Assembly: GCA_039545335.1 (NCBI GenBank)
Contig: BCIN01000006.1
Coordinates: 1,116,001-1,180,000 of the forward strand
Reading direction: 5' to 3'
Length of the DNA stretch: 64,000 bases
Source of the DNA: Kondoa subrosea
Lineage: Eukaryota
Position numbers and translations under genes: made by a program. How positions within the stretch are numbered: position 1 is the first letter of the stretch; the number at the start of each line of letters is the position of its first letter. The notes beneath the pieces are model-generated. The model saw nothing but the letters and a program-made list of their open reading frames with translations. It was not told where the DNA came from and searched no databases. Below are positions 1 through 12,875 of this stretch, in pieces.

Positions 1-2169
1 AGAACTACTGGAAGGTATCCAGCTTGGACTTCCGCCGGCCAGATCTTGCTCTACTTCTGGTGATCCTGCTCGACTGTTGGCAGTATCTATTGCGAAATTG
101 CTTTTGCTCTTCCGCAGTGCTTTCTTGGATGAATGTTTCCTTGACGCAGTTGCATTTGAAAAGACTGGGAGAAGGTAGCGTTCATCCAGGACATTGAACC
201 ATTGTCCGTCTCTCCAAACTCTGCCCATAACGCCTTCCAATCCATCCGCATCCTCTGGACCAGCTTCTGGTAGATTTTCTGGATCGTCATAAGAGTCCAC
301 CGAATCAAAGGATTGTGTCGAAGCACTTCTTTGTAGCCGGTTGACAGAATTGAGAGCAGCAGGCTGACCAGCTTGACGGTTTGCAGGCGGTCTCGAAGTA
401 TCCCGGTACGGCATATCACTTGCGCCATTGCCTAAAGCTGAAAGAGGTGAGTCTGCATCTTCTGAATATTCTTCTACCGCTCTCATCGGGTACTTCGAGT
501 TCAAGCCATGCCAACCGCCTGCTGGACCTCTTTGACCTGATCTCCTCCTTCCTATCTCAAATGGAGGCCCATCGTCTTCATCGGAAGAATCATCCCCTTC
601 GTCCACACCTGTACGGATACCAACAATTTCGATCATTCGAGCTGTAGTTCCACCAAAGACGACCATAGTCAAAACAACAGTGACCAATACGGTTGTTCGT
701 AAAGCGGCAGAATTGGGTCCTTTGATACTCGCTGCCAAAGCTACTCCTACTGCTCCTCTTAGTCCAGCCCAAAACAACATCATTTGATAAGAATGAGGAA
801 TTTCAGGTGCTGATTGTTTCCGAGTTTTGGAGACAATGACGTTGATGAGTTTTGAGATTGGGAAGACGGCGCAGTATCGAGCTACACAGGCTCCTAAAGC
901 CGTAACGAGGATAAAGATGGGCTTGTAAACGAGTTGCGTTTGGGTGAATAGTGATAAACCGAGGTAGATGAAGATGAAATTCTCGCAAAGTTGAGCTAGA
1001 GTAGCGAACATGTATTTCGATGTGCGTTGAGTTCTTCTTGACATATTGTGGTAGGCATAATGCTTCAAGGTGATACCACAGAAGAGGAGAGATACGATGC
1101 CGGACATGGTCAACGCATTGGAGAAGAAGTAAGAAGAGTATGCGATAAGGAAAACCAAACAGCCTTCAATGGCAGAATATGATGATAAGCTGGAGTGTTT
1201 GAGCATGAGAGAGCATCCAAGTCCGAATATGACGCCAAGAGCCATTGAGATGAAGAAGACCAACAAGAAAATACCCACACCATGGAAGAGCGAGCCAATG
1301 TGAACCTTTTCTCCATGAAATTGCGACACGGTTTCGAACATAACGATAGCGACCGCATCATTTAGAATCGATTCACCAAAAATGATTGAATACATCTTTG
1401 GATCCACCTTGAGCGCGTTGAAGATGGCCAGGATAGTGACTGGATCGGTAGCCGAAAGAGTAGAGCCGAATTGCAGGCATTCGACAATAGTGAGAGATAG
1501 TCCTTCTAGACCAAGCAGAGCCCAAACATAGACCAGTACACCAAGTACGACGGCTGATATAAAGGTACCTGCGAAAGCGAAGGCCAAGATGATTGCGAAG
1601 TTTCGGAAGAAGTTTTCCTGCATGCATGCGCGTCAACGACGTCGACGAATATATGGATACGATTCACCTGTTTCAGCTCGTAACCACTATTGAGAATAAT
1701 TGGAGGAAGAAGAACGTTCAACATGATCGTGTTCTGTTATAAATCGCGTTAATGGAGAACTGCTAAAGAGAGACAAGACAAGCCGGACCTTGAATGCCAG
1801 CATACTTTGCACAACGACACCAGGTAAAACTCGTATCAGAGCGCCGACGACCATGCCTATCGTGTTGCCGAAGGTTTTATTAGAGCTGTACTGAGAGCAG
1901 ACCATTGAGACTGACCGGCAAAGAGCGCAACGATTGTTTCGTGTATACTCTTGATCCGCCTAACTTTGAGATAATAGGACATCCAGAAACTGAGAATAAG
2001 CAGGAACACTGATAATGCATCCAAGACATAAGTGCGGTTCGGCTGCAGTATCGTAGCGAAGCGCACGAATAATCAGCAGAGCTCTACTGCTCCATAGCTC
2101 TAGCACTTCTGGGTCAAGGACTTGATCCTCTGGCGCTACAGGTAAAGGTGTTCCAGTCGAGCTGGCCAT
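1..2169 (-). CDS. NHX1: Endosomal/vacuolar Na+(K+)/H+ exchanger (CPA1), multi-exon, C-terminus runs off window start
   Basis: Exons encode MLNVLLPPIILNSGYELKQ, SKYMFATLAQLCENFIFIYLG, FWAGLRGAVGVALAA and WFNVLDERYLLPVFSN, typical of fungal Nhx1; ATG at 2169. Confidence 0.93.
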
Positions 2170-2431
2170 AACTGATACGGCTTATAAATCCAGCGCTATC
2201 GGCTACAGGGCATCCAGTACCACTCCAAGCAATATATCACAGGTCGAAATAGGTATATTTCCAAGGCCGTCGTGGTTTGCAGAAACCTGCGCTCTCTTTC
2301 GACAATGGCGACGCCTCGGATAACCTGCTCGCGAGGCTACATACAATCGCTAGCTGGGTATGGTCCCGTCTGCTGATGCTGGGACACAGCTGATCACTCG
2401 AATCTGCCTGCAGATCATCGCGATTTCCAGC

Positions 2432-4072
2432 ATGTCAAAAAGTTAGCTTGAGCTCTTGCGGTCTCTTTTCGCTGCTGCTGTGTCTGACTCTGCGTTCTAC
2501 AGTCTACTGCTCAATCTAGACTGTATAGCAGTATCTCTTCTTCTCCCTTCCCTTCGCTCCGATCATTGTCGAATTCTCGCTCTGCCTACTCTGCACAGCG
2601 GAGTCTCTCGATATGGCCATTCGCAACCCAATCACCTGCTGCAAAAGTGATTTCCGATCCGGCACCAAGCACCCTCCCTGAACCTCTAACAGATTCCACT
2701 CCAGCTCTTGAAGCAACAATCACTGAACCTTCGACTCCAGCTACTGACCTCTCTTCTACTTCTGCAGCAGAAACAATACCTGCAGATCTTTCTTCTTCAA
2801 TACCAACAGACAGTGTGGTTCCGCATTTACAAGACTCGTGGACTGTCTTTCAAGAATTAGGATTAGGCAAGACTTGGTTCAGCGGGACGTTCCAGAAAGT
2901 CTTTTTCCAGATGCATGAGTTGACGGGACTTCCTTGGTGGGCTACAATTGGAGTAACGGTTATTGGGATTAGATTGATACTCTTTCCATTTGCTGCAAGA
3001 CTGATGGGTCAAACTCAAAGAATGACCAAATTGGCTCCTGAATTTTCGAAATTGATGGAAAAGTATCAAGCGGAGAAACGTGCGAACAATCAACAAGCAA
3101 TGAGTGTAGTACAACAAGAAATTCAGTTTTTCCAGAAAAGAACCGGTTTCAACCCTTTTGTCATGTTGAAGCTACCTCTTCTGCAAGCACCGATCTTCTT
3201 GGGCGTCTTCTTTGGTCTCAAGAAAATGGCCGAAGCTCCTCTACCTGGCTTCCTGGATGGTGGCCTGGCTTGGTTCACAAATTTGGCCGTACCAGATCCT
3301 ACTTGGGCTTTACCGATCGCTAGTGTGGCTGCGACTTTGACAGTGATCCAAGTGAGTCAATATAACATTAATTTAGCTCTAATTTATCGAATTTACAGAT
3401 CGGAGCGGATACTGGTGTTTCTGCAAGCGAGCAAACGCAATCACAGAAGTCGATGCTCAATTTCATGCGAATCGGTTTGATCGGTAGTTTATATTTCATT
3501 GCTCAATTACCAGCAGTACGTCAAGTGGAATCGAGCTTCACATGACATGGCTAAACTTGACGAAACAGGGCGTGCTCGTATATTGGGTGACGCAGAATTG
3601 CATATCGCTTTTACAAGCCCTAGTGCTCAAGCTCAGCTTCGTCAAGCGGATTTTCAATATTCCAGAGAAAGAAAAGAAAGTCCCTAAAACTGCATTCGTA
3701 CCTACAATCAATCCAGGCCAGAACATGTCTTTCATCGATGGCATCAAAGCTGGCGTCGAAATGGGCAGACCAGTAGCAATGCAATCTCCTCCTACTTCTG
3801 CTTCTGCTGCATCTCCAGTACGAGTGAATCCTTTCAAAGTAGAATCGTCTTCGCCTTCGCCAGTTTCAAGACCTGCATCAGTACAACCTGCATCCGTTCA
3901 GCAATCTCCACCTGTATCAAGAATAGTAGAAGCAGTGTCGCATTCTATAAAGACCGCTGAAGAAGTAGTGATGCCAATGCAATCAGCAGGCTCATCAACA
4001 GCTGCAGCGGGGAGATTGAAGGATAGACAAAAGCAGAAAAACGCGAAGAAGGAGAAGAAGGGGAAGAAGTGA
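2432..4072 (+). CDS. OXA1: Mitochondrial inner-membrane insertase, YidC/Oxa1 family (start uncertain)
   Basis: HELTGLPWWATIGVTVIGIRLILFPF, LPLLQAPIFLGVFFGL, GGLAWFTNLAVPDPTWALP, VLVYWVTQNCISLLQ; basic C-terminal tail. Confidence 0.9.
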
Positions 4073-4476
4073 GGTGGCTCAAGAGTATAGATGAGTACAC
4101 GCATGTCCAATGTAAAATACCTTCTTCTTTTATCAATCCCCGGCGATTCCCCGCTTTGTTTGATGTCGCGTCTGCGGAGCTGTCATTGAAACTGCGGATG
4201 CCAGACTTCAGTCGTCCGCTTTGTTCTTGTTAGCAAGCGCAGAAACCTACGCGCGATCGACGACAAAAAAGCTGCCTTCGACAATTACATAATCCGGCGA
4301 ATGTTGGCATAACACTACCATTTTCGCAGATACCTCAAAGCAGGACTCATAGGCTCGAGATCAAACGATACCTGCCCACTTTGATACCCAGCAGCTAGTC
4401 CCCTGTGCTGGCATAGCTGCTTTACGCTTTCAAGTGCAAGAGCGTTCCCAGTTTCCGTTTGCGGCTCTTACAAGAC

Positions 4477-6491
4477 ATGGCTGCCGCAGCAAACTCTATC
4501 ACAGAGCTTCCGGATGCACAGATGGATCAGAACTTCAAAGTCCTGTCGTGCGTAACAAGTACTGAGCCGTCGGTGGAAGCTGTCCTAAAGTTTGCGGCAG
4601 GTAAAATTCAGCTGGATTACTCCTGCACTGTTCGATCATACTCTCAACGAGCCTGTCCTGCTCCAAAGCGAAATAACTTCTCCGATGTGCAAAGGTTGGA
4701 AGGTAAAGCCTTAGACTATCTGGGTGAATCCGTTCAGAAGTCAAGGTTTTAACAGTGCAAGATTGGACCATCAACAGACAGGATGCATCTGAAAGCGTTT
4801 CTATATGCAGTGCCCACTGAAAGCGAGTGCATCACCGAAAAACAATTCCGCAGGCATGGGCGATTTCTCTTCACGATCCAGGTTTGTCCGAACTTCAGCT
4901 GTAGGTAGTTGGGCTGCAATTGTTGATGCTCTGGTAGTTTCAGCTTGGCACTCGCTACCTGATTCGCCGCAATACAGAACCGCCCCAACCCAAGGGCTTT
5001 GGAAACCTAAACGATGACGATGGAAATGTTGGTGAGAGTTGGGGTTGGTCTGAAGCCGTGCCTTGTACAAAGATCACGGAAGAACATCAGAAGCTACCTC
5101 AAAGTGTATGTCCATGACAAGCAATCTTGACCAATCAATTAAACCATCGTCTTTGGTTTAATAGGATCGTACGAGCAGCTTGACCATTACCGTTTCTGTC
5201 TGGCAATCCGTCAATGAGGTGCTCTCAGATCATGCACGACTTTCTAATCACTGGCGTCAAATGCGTTCGCTTTCAAACATGTTTGATCCCAAAGAACTCT
5301 GCGATGTGGAATCTCGATGCCCTCGTAGCAGTTTTTATGCAGCACAGACTGTACTCACTGCGAACAATGAATACTTTGAAGCTAGTAAGCGTCCGCTCGA
5401 AAATAGGTGAAGTATCCCTGAAGCAGGCTGATTAGTGTTCAATGGCGATTTTTCCGAAGGCGGTTCGGATGAAAGAGCTATTGGGTCAGCTGGCGCTACA
5501 GATCTTTTTGAGGACGACAGTGATGCGGACGGCGACGAAGCGGAACCCCCTTCCCGCGCAAGACGAACTTCAGCCAGGCTCGCTCGCTCTAATGACGGTG
5601 CTCCAGCCAGGCCTTCTCCCTCTAATAGCGATCAACATAAAGTCGTCTCGATCACTGACTTCACATGTCGCACTTATTCTGCTCTCTGTCATTTTTTCTA
5701 CACTGGCTCTATCTCGTGAGCATCCAAATTGATGCTCAACTCTCTCACAGACATTTCGGTTAGGTTTGCGCCGCTAACGTCTCGATACAAATCGGCTGAC
5801 TTGTCGACTTCTCCTGACTTCGTTGGTAGTCGTCGGAAGTACAATGCGAAGCACGCTACCACTCTTCATGATTTTGGCCAAAGTCCAGCAGAAATTGTAG
5901 GTCAAGGGTCCCTCCGTTGGCAAGTCCGTCCGCTCATGTCTATACTTCTTATTTGGATAAGGAGAAACTGTGTGCCAGCCCGAAGAGTCTGTATCGCTTG
6001 GCCGACAGTGAGTTCCGAGTCATTTTCTTGCGCGAAGCTAACCGAGTTGTGCAGAAATTGGCTTGGAAGAACTGAAAGAAGCTGCAAAGCAGAATCTAAT
6101 GTCAAGTCTGACCGAGGAAACAGCGCTTATTGAAGCTTGCTCTCATTTGTGAGTGGCTCATTTCCGCAATGACCAGTACCGTCTGATCCTCGGTAATGTC
6201 CCAGCTCATCCGTCTTTCCTGAAGTTTGTCTTCTATATTCTTGAATCCGGTGTCTACTGACACTGTCCGCAGATTCGGTCTTTGCAGGTCGCTTTTATCA
6301 AGAAGCACTGGAAAGACATCAAGAGCAAGCCTTCATTCGGTACTTTCTGGCAGTCACATCTAGAATCACCTATTTGGTTGGAACTCATGCAGCAGGCGGA
6401 TTTCGTCTGCAAACTTACTCAATGCAATGAAACACTTCCATGTAGCTCATTGATTTTTTGGCGCATCACATCTTCCCTAAGTCCAGTTTGA
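4477..6491 (+). CDS. BTB/POZ-domain protein (probable MATH-BTB type), multi-exon; paralog of 9469-11313
   Basis: FYAAQTVLTANNEYFEA-MFNGDFSEG, VVSITDFTCRTYSALCHFFYTGSI, ASPKSLYRLAD; C-terminus FIKKHWKDIKSKPSFGTFW. Boundaries approximate. Confidence 0.75.
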
Positions 6492-6642
6492 GTAATCGCA
6501 ATCTAGTGATTTGCCATTGCAAAGAGGCGAGGCATAGTACATCAAAAGTGTGAAAGGTCATAAATTTACACTACTTCCTATCCTTTCTCTCTGTTCCATC
6601 CTTCTCTATCCCTTTCCCTGCACACTGTAAAGAGCGTGTGGG

Positions 6643-7808
6643 CTACAGTCTTCTCAAGCCTTTCTTCTTTGCAGCCGCTCCATTCACTTTCAACACTTTC
6701 TCCTTGTCCGCTCTTTCTCTCTCATTGGCAATCGTTCCACCAGCAGCAGAAATAGTTCTTTTCTTCCCTTTGCCGTCATTAGCAGGTTCATCCATATCCA
6801 TAGCTGAACATTTTTGTTGCGAAGACATGTTGGTAGTAGTAGGTTGCAAAATAGTGTTGTTAGAAGTAGCAGGAGAAGGTGATCGAACAGTACGTTTAAT
6901 GCTTTTCGATGCAGCGGTGTTTGAAGGGAAAGAAGTCGTATTGGTAGAAGAAGGGGTAGAAGTTGTAGCTAACATTGAAGCAGAAGTGGATTGAGTAGGT
7001 ACAAATTCAGCAGGTCGAGATTTTGCATGGATGGAAGTCCAGAGTTTAGCATGCCGGAAGTACTCTTCGTACTGTTCTAGCAAAAGTCGACCTGCTTCTT
7101 CATGTAAGGCTGATTCTGGGTTAGGATAGATGAGAAGGCTATAGGAGAGTCAGGATGGAATACAAGATAGCAAAGAATAGACATACCATTTGACCGTCGT
7201 CAGAATATGAGCTATGCCAAACTCTTTCTTCCAATCTTTCTTGAGAGTATTCACACAAATCTCGCCTTTTTCGCTCTACATGGCATATATTAATTACTGA
7301 ATAGTACAGTGAGAACTCAAACGCACGACATTCGGATGAAAGATCTTCGTCACAAACCAGCCTGTTCATGATGAGCCTCTGTAATCAGTACAACTTTGAG
7401 TCCAAGTACATATCACGAACATTTCGGAGGTGCATTTGGAAAATCTGAGCCAAACTGGAAGCGAATCTTGAAGTAACCACCTGGAAGACAAAAAACAACA
7501 TCGCCCTTCAGTGACAACTTCTGACGTCTCTTTCAACCTAGCTGACCTTCATAAGGAGTCCCAGCTATTCATGGCCCATTCAGCCAGATCCAAATGCTAT
7601 GGAAACAAAGCCGCTTACCTGGACCTTCTATCCAAGCGACAAGGTTTGCGATATCACCATCATCGACAATGATTCGTACACCTTCAATGGCATTGGCTTG
7701 CAGTTGAGCTAGTTCTTTGTTCAGTCGGCGGAGAGCTGGTGCGGACAGAGACTTGACAAGGGGTTAAGCCACTTTCGAATCTTTTGTAACGGATGCAGAG
7801 CTCACCAT
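6643..7808 (-). CDS. UBE2S: Ubiquitin-conjugating enzyme E2 S
   Basis: ATG|gtgag, then [75 protein letters not shown]; diagnostic C-terminal KKKGLRRL. Confidence 0.92.
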
Positions 7809-7935
7809 TCTGCACAATCACTTGCTGAGGTCGATGTGGATGCTACTAGGAGTATACAGAGTGAAAGCGGAAGTCGTAATACAGGTGAAGTTGGTCGAGC
7901 AGGTAAACAATGAGATTTACTTGAGGTGATGTGTC

Positions 7936-8069
7936 AGAGGGTGTCTTCGGAAGTTCGGACTACGTCTACGACTGGAGAAGAGCTTGCAGCTGAAGTTCAG
8001 CAATGCATTGATTCAGTTTGCAATAGTGTACAAGACTTCCGATATTACACCATGTCTCGACTTCAATGG
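7936..8069. repeat. Direct-repeat copy A (diverged copy of 9333-9475)
   Basis: Shares ordered blocks ttcggaagttcgg, atgcattg, acaagacttccgat and gacttcaatgg with copy B. Confidence 0.8.
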
Positions 8070-8411
8070 ATTGCCTCTCGCTTTACCTGAATAGATGACC
8101 TCACGTACAGCCCATCATACTGGATCATGGTCTTTACTATGCAGAAGCCGCCTGGATGCCAAACAGGCGAATCTTATACCGGTATACTTCAAGTTTTGCC
8201 AGAAAGTAGCCGCTAGCGACAGTACTGTAGTGCAAATCGAGTCAAAATGCTGCCCTAGCTTGCCGAGCACCTCGTACTGATTCTGCTGCTTGAACTTAGC
8301 TCTATTTGCTGTTATTTACAATCGCTTGCATTATCATTCTGACCAAGTCAGCTCCTTAAAATCGCCTATTTCTTTTCCTTCTCTTTCTTCCCCCATACTC
8401 GTCTCTTAAGC

Positions 8412-9029
8412 ATGTCGTGTCTTCTGTTATGTCTTCTGGATAACTTCAAATCGTCTCCCACCAAAGAAGAACAACAGTTCCTGCAACACAGCCCAGATCA
8501 GCCCGACTTCCCTGTCAGGCGCCTTTATGTCAAACTATCGGATTCAACTCAGCAACCAAAACCTCTTCTCATATACTGGCGATATTCGAAACTCTCTGAC
8601 AATATGGTACAATATTATCATCTTATGAGTCCAGACCAATATCGGCAACAGCGCTCTCATCTGACTCAACGTAGTATGGTCATTCCTCATCATCTTTATT
8701 TCTATCTATCTCGCGTTTCTGAGCTTTTCTGGTTACCTTTTATCGATTGGCCATGACTCTACCCCCATATGAGCTGCATATACAATAAAGCAGGCTACCT
8801 CAGGGGTGGATTTGGGTCAGAAGAAGATTGGAGATTTGTGGAAGATCACCTGAAGATAGCGCAAGAACTTGCCACAGTTTACGAAAAAGCTGCAAGGGAG
8901 GAATTGGAAGTGATGCAAGAGCAGAGTATAGGACTTGATAGGCGAGAGAGGGAATACGGAATGGCCCTGAAGTGTTTCGAGCGTGAGTCTCCTTACTGTA
9001 TATGGGCAGCTGGATGTTATGCTCATTGA
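8412..9029 (+). pseudogene. Orphan reading frame interrupted by one in-frame TGA (8754-8756)
   Basis: ORFs 8412-8756 and 8769-9029 share a frame and are separated only by a TGA; no recognisable domain. Confidence 0.35.
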
Positions 9030-9332
9030 AATGCAGTCGCGAAATGGCGACTGGACGCTAATTTAGGTGCATCTGATAGCTCCTTCTTTTGGTTTTCCTG
9101 CTCAATTGACACATGGCTCTGTCCTTAGGCGTTCTTACCGAAATTATTAAACAAAATTCCGCGACATACCAAGGCAAACTACGAACAGCCATCTCCGTAC
9201 GACTTTAAGCAGTCAGCTACTACTCAAGAGTATTGCTGTGAGTCATGTAGACGTATACAGAGTGAAACAGAGGTCGTGCAATGAGTAGAATCAGTCAACA
9301 ACAGAGTGAATGAATTGCAGATGTGACATTTT

Positions 9333-9475
9333 AGAGGCTGTTTTCGGAAGTTCGGCCTAGGTTCACATCTAGAAAAGCTCGAGAGATAGGTATGACATGC
9401 ATTGCATCTTGTGAATTCGCACAAGACTTCCGATGAGATACCATCTTCCGACTGGACGCGGCTTGACTTCAATGG
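9333..9475. repeat. Direct-repeat copy B; includes stop codon and 3' flank of the BTB gene 9469-11313
   Basis: Same ordered blocks as 7936-8069. Confidence 0.8.
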
Positions 9476-11313
9476 GTAACTTTCTGAGACTGTTCGCCAA
9501 AGGCTGCCGCTCGTTCCAGTAACAGTAGCCAGATAGGACTGTCGACATTTTCTTTCCAGAAAGTAGAGAAGGTAGGTTGACTTTTGATTTCTTGCCAGTG
9601 CTTCTGAATGAATGAGACTTGATCGGCACGGATCTGTCATATATACAGGTCAATTTGCATTACTGTCAGCTGCTGTTCAACCGACCCTCGGAAAAGATGG
9701 AAGAAAAGTAAGAAGTAGCCTCAATCAATGCATTTTGAACAGTGATGCTAGCCTGCAGCTGTTTCCGCGAAGCTTGCTTGAGATCATCCAATCCGAGCTC
9801 TTTGCAACAGAACATATGTCACTTATGCTCACTGTGTAGTGCAAGTGGAACGCACTGTCGCTGATTCTATAAAGACTCTTCGGTGAGGCATTGTAAGAAG
9901 AGATTTCTCCCTCGCTTTGGCCGTAACTATTAAGCGTCTTCGCATTCTTCGCATTGTACTGATTGCACGAGACAAATTGGTCGGGATTTTCGGAAGAAGC
10001 GCGATGAAAGCGATAAGTCGAGGCAAGAGGAGCGAAACTGGGCAGATGATAAGCGAAACGTTGTTGTTATTGCGGACGTGACTAACTTGACGCAGCCAGT
10101 ATAGACGAAATGCAACATAGAGCGGTAAGTGCGAGGAGAAAAGTCCCTAACCCGAACAACTTTGTGCGACTCGTTCCGATCATTATGATTGTTCTGCACT
10201 GCCAAAGTGGCATCATCTGCTTCTTCAGAATCTGAGTCGTCGACAAACAGCTCAGAAACAGGCTGAGGATCGGTTTCCATCTGTTCTGTTTCAACCGTCT
10301 TGGCCTGATCTGGATCGATTCTGAACACTTTAACGAAAGATGCAGATGAGCGGAACTCGATCCAATGAAAATTTACACACTGGCTTCGAAGTATTCTGAC
10401 GCCCTCTCAAGCACAAATCTGTGCGCGTAGAGGGGTTTGTGTTTCGCGAAGTGGAATTCCATGTCAGCAGACTTAGCATCGTTGAGCAGGTCGGCTAGGA
10501 AATGTTGTCGGCGGAGAACATTCAGACTGAGCGGAATTTCTTGTGGCTTTGTTACCGGCCATACTGCTAGAAGAATGATTAAATTGCATTGACGATCCTA
10601 AGGTTTATAACTGTCAGATTGACGTGACGACGATTCGTTGTGATCTTACGGCGGCAGGATATTTGGCGTAAAACTGGTCGAAGGCCGAGAGCTCGCATAT
10701 ACCTCTGAATCCCCAGCCTTGATCCGTTTCGTCATTGCCAGTTTCCCTCGCCCACTCAGCAGGGTCACGGGCTTCATGAAGGATGACATCGTCCTCCGAC
10801 TTACCTACCAACTGCTCGAGCATTAGGCCGTTTGTTCTCAATGTGTTTACATCAGGCTTACGCTGAAGCCGTAGTCGTACTTTCCCGTGCGACACCAGAT
10901 CTTCTTGCTGCGATCAATGTACTCATATTCTAAGGGGATTCCGCTCAGAAAGAGACCAGCGGCTGGCGTCTTTGAGTCTTGCGTTGTTTCAGGAAACTCC
11001 AGATCAATCTGATACGGTTATATAAGTCCAGCACCTTCTATTCATGTCCGGCTTACTCTCCACTTACCATCCAAAACAGGAGAGGATCTGTCCTCCATTG
11101 ATGCCCAAGAAGCCCGAGAGTTCTCGAACTTCAATATCGGCCCAATAGTCCATTGGTATCGTTTCTAGGATCAGTCTCAACACAGAGAGCGCAATCGCAA
11201 GTGAGCTGAACAAAAACCTTGACCACATTGTACACGACCCCATCAATTTCCACCTCTTCTTCTCCGGACTCTAGCTCTTTCACTTCGTTCACCGAGGCAA
11301 CGCCCGTATCCAT
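9469..11313 (-). CDS. MATH-like + BTB/POZ-domain protein, multi-exon
   Basis: KRYQWTIG..., QGWGFRGICEL (MATH-like), LYAHRFVLERASEYFEA, VVRVRDFSPRTYRSMLHFVYTG; C-terminus FIQKHWQEIKSQPTFSTFWKENVDSPIW closely matches the paralog. Confidence 0.8.
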
Positions 11314-11657
11314 CTGGTATATGCCCGCTGGTATAGGTTCCCTGGTATCTCAAATGTCCTAGGTATTGGTCTCGAGAACACATTCGAGTCTTCTTTTTGC
11401 ATTACAAGAGCTCATGAGTAGTTTTTGACGTCGACGCACATCTGGTCTACTGTTGAGCGCCGCTGCGCACTTGGTTCAAGGAACCTCTTATATGCTTGGC
11501 GGAGCTTGTCTTCTGAATCATCTGGTTTGCTGACTGTATTATTGCACGCTTTCCATGTGTACTCGTAGCAGAAAGTGCTCCCTTTGTTTGACTCGGCTCT
11601 GCTCCTCATATTTGCCTCGTCCTCTCTTTCTCTCTTCACATCTCTTTCACCAATATC

Positions 11658-12678
11658 ATGCTTTCCCTTGCACAACTTGTCAGTCTTCTCGCATGCTCTG
11701 CGATTCATGCCGCTGGCAGACCCGCAGCTCCTTCTGGCGCACCCTCTGGCCAGCTTGTACCTCCTGTCCCTCTTCCTCGCCCAATAGAACCACAGGCTCG
11801 CTTACCTAAAAGGTTCGGTGTAAGCAGCTCAAGTCTCTTTCCTTGGTATTCTATTCTCAACTATGACATCCAGGTCATCCTTCAACCTGGATTTGCTGCT
11901 TTAGACGTTTTTGGCCCAATGGATGCACTCAACAACCTTTCTTGGAACAACACAGATATCGAACTCTTGATGATTGCCGATACAATGGACGCAGTCAGTA
12001 CTCGACCACCTCAATCCAGAGCCAAAGTCGAACAACTCGTTTTACCTACTCATACTTTCGCTAATCCACCTGAAAATCTCGATGTCCTTGTGATCCCTGG
12101 TGGAGCTGGACCTAGGAACCCTTCTAACGCTTCTGTCGACTATATCAAGACTACTTATCCCAAATTACAATATCTTGTTGCTATCTGTACCGGAGCCGGT
12201 TTGGCTGCAAAAGCTGGAGTATTGGACGGTCGTAAAGCAACGGGAAACAAGAAAGCATGGGCTTTCGTTACTTCCCAGAGTGAGCTTTGCTTGTTTTCCC
12301 ATAGTGCGTTCTAGCTGATGCTTGAATCGTTTGCAAGGTAACAAAGTTTTATGGCAACCGGTAGCACGCTGGGTCGTGGATGGCAACATATATACTACTT
12401 CAGGTAAATACTGCTCTTGTGACTAAAGATGTCAAATTGATATAAACTTGCAGGTGTTCAAGCTGGAATGGACGGTTTCCTCGCTTTCATTAATGATACT
12501 TATGGCGTTGCTGATCAAGTCGCTATCGCTGAAGAGTATACCAGAAACAAGGATCCTCACGTTGATCCTTTCGCTGGACTCTACAATCTCACTGGTACGC
12601 AGCTGCTTCACTGAGTCTTTTAGCTCATATAATGCTTGGTTAGATTGGGTTCAACCGACCGACCCAGCAAGAGCTTAA
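11658..12678 (+). CDS. DJ-1/PfpI (class I glutamine amidotransferase-like) protein with signal peptide
   Basis: Hydrophobic N-terminus; PGFAALDVFGPMD, LDVLVIPGG, AICTGAGLAAKAGVLDGRKATGNK, RWVVDGNIYTTSGVQAGMD. Confidence 0.88.
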
Positions 12679-12875
12679 GGTCTACGGCGACCTTCTCGAC
12701 GATAGCCAGCAGCTGGACTGTTGAGCATCTCACTTAGGCTCGTATTGTATAGACAGTCGAATCCGTGCATCTCGCTTTTGGCACGAAATCTTGACTGAGG
12801 GACGAGAATCCATCAAAAGTCCGATTGTCACTACTATTACCCTCATTACAATCGCCTCAATACGTACCCATGACA

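Noticed and set aside
11064..11313. Apparent frameshift at the BTB2 N-terminus
   Set aside because: Resolved by a GT-AG intron giving VVK|KRYQWTIG
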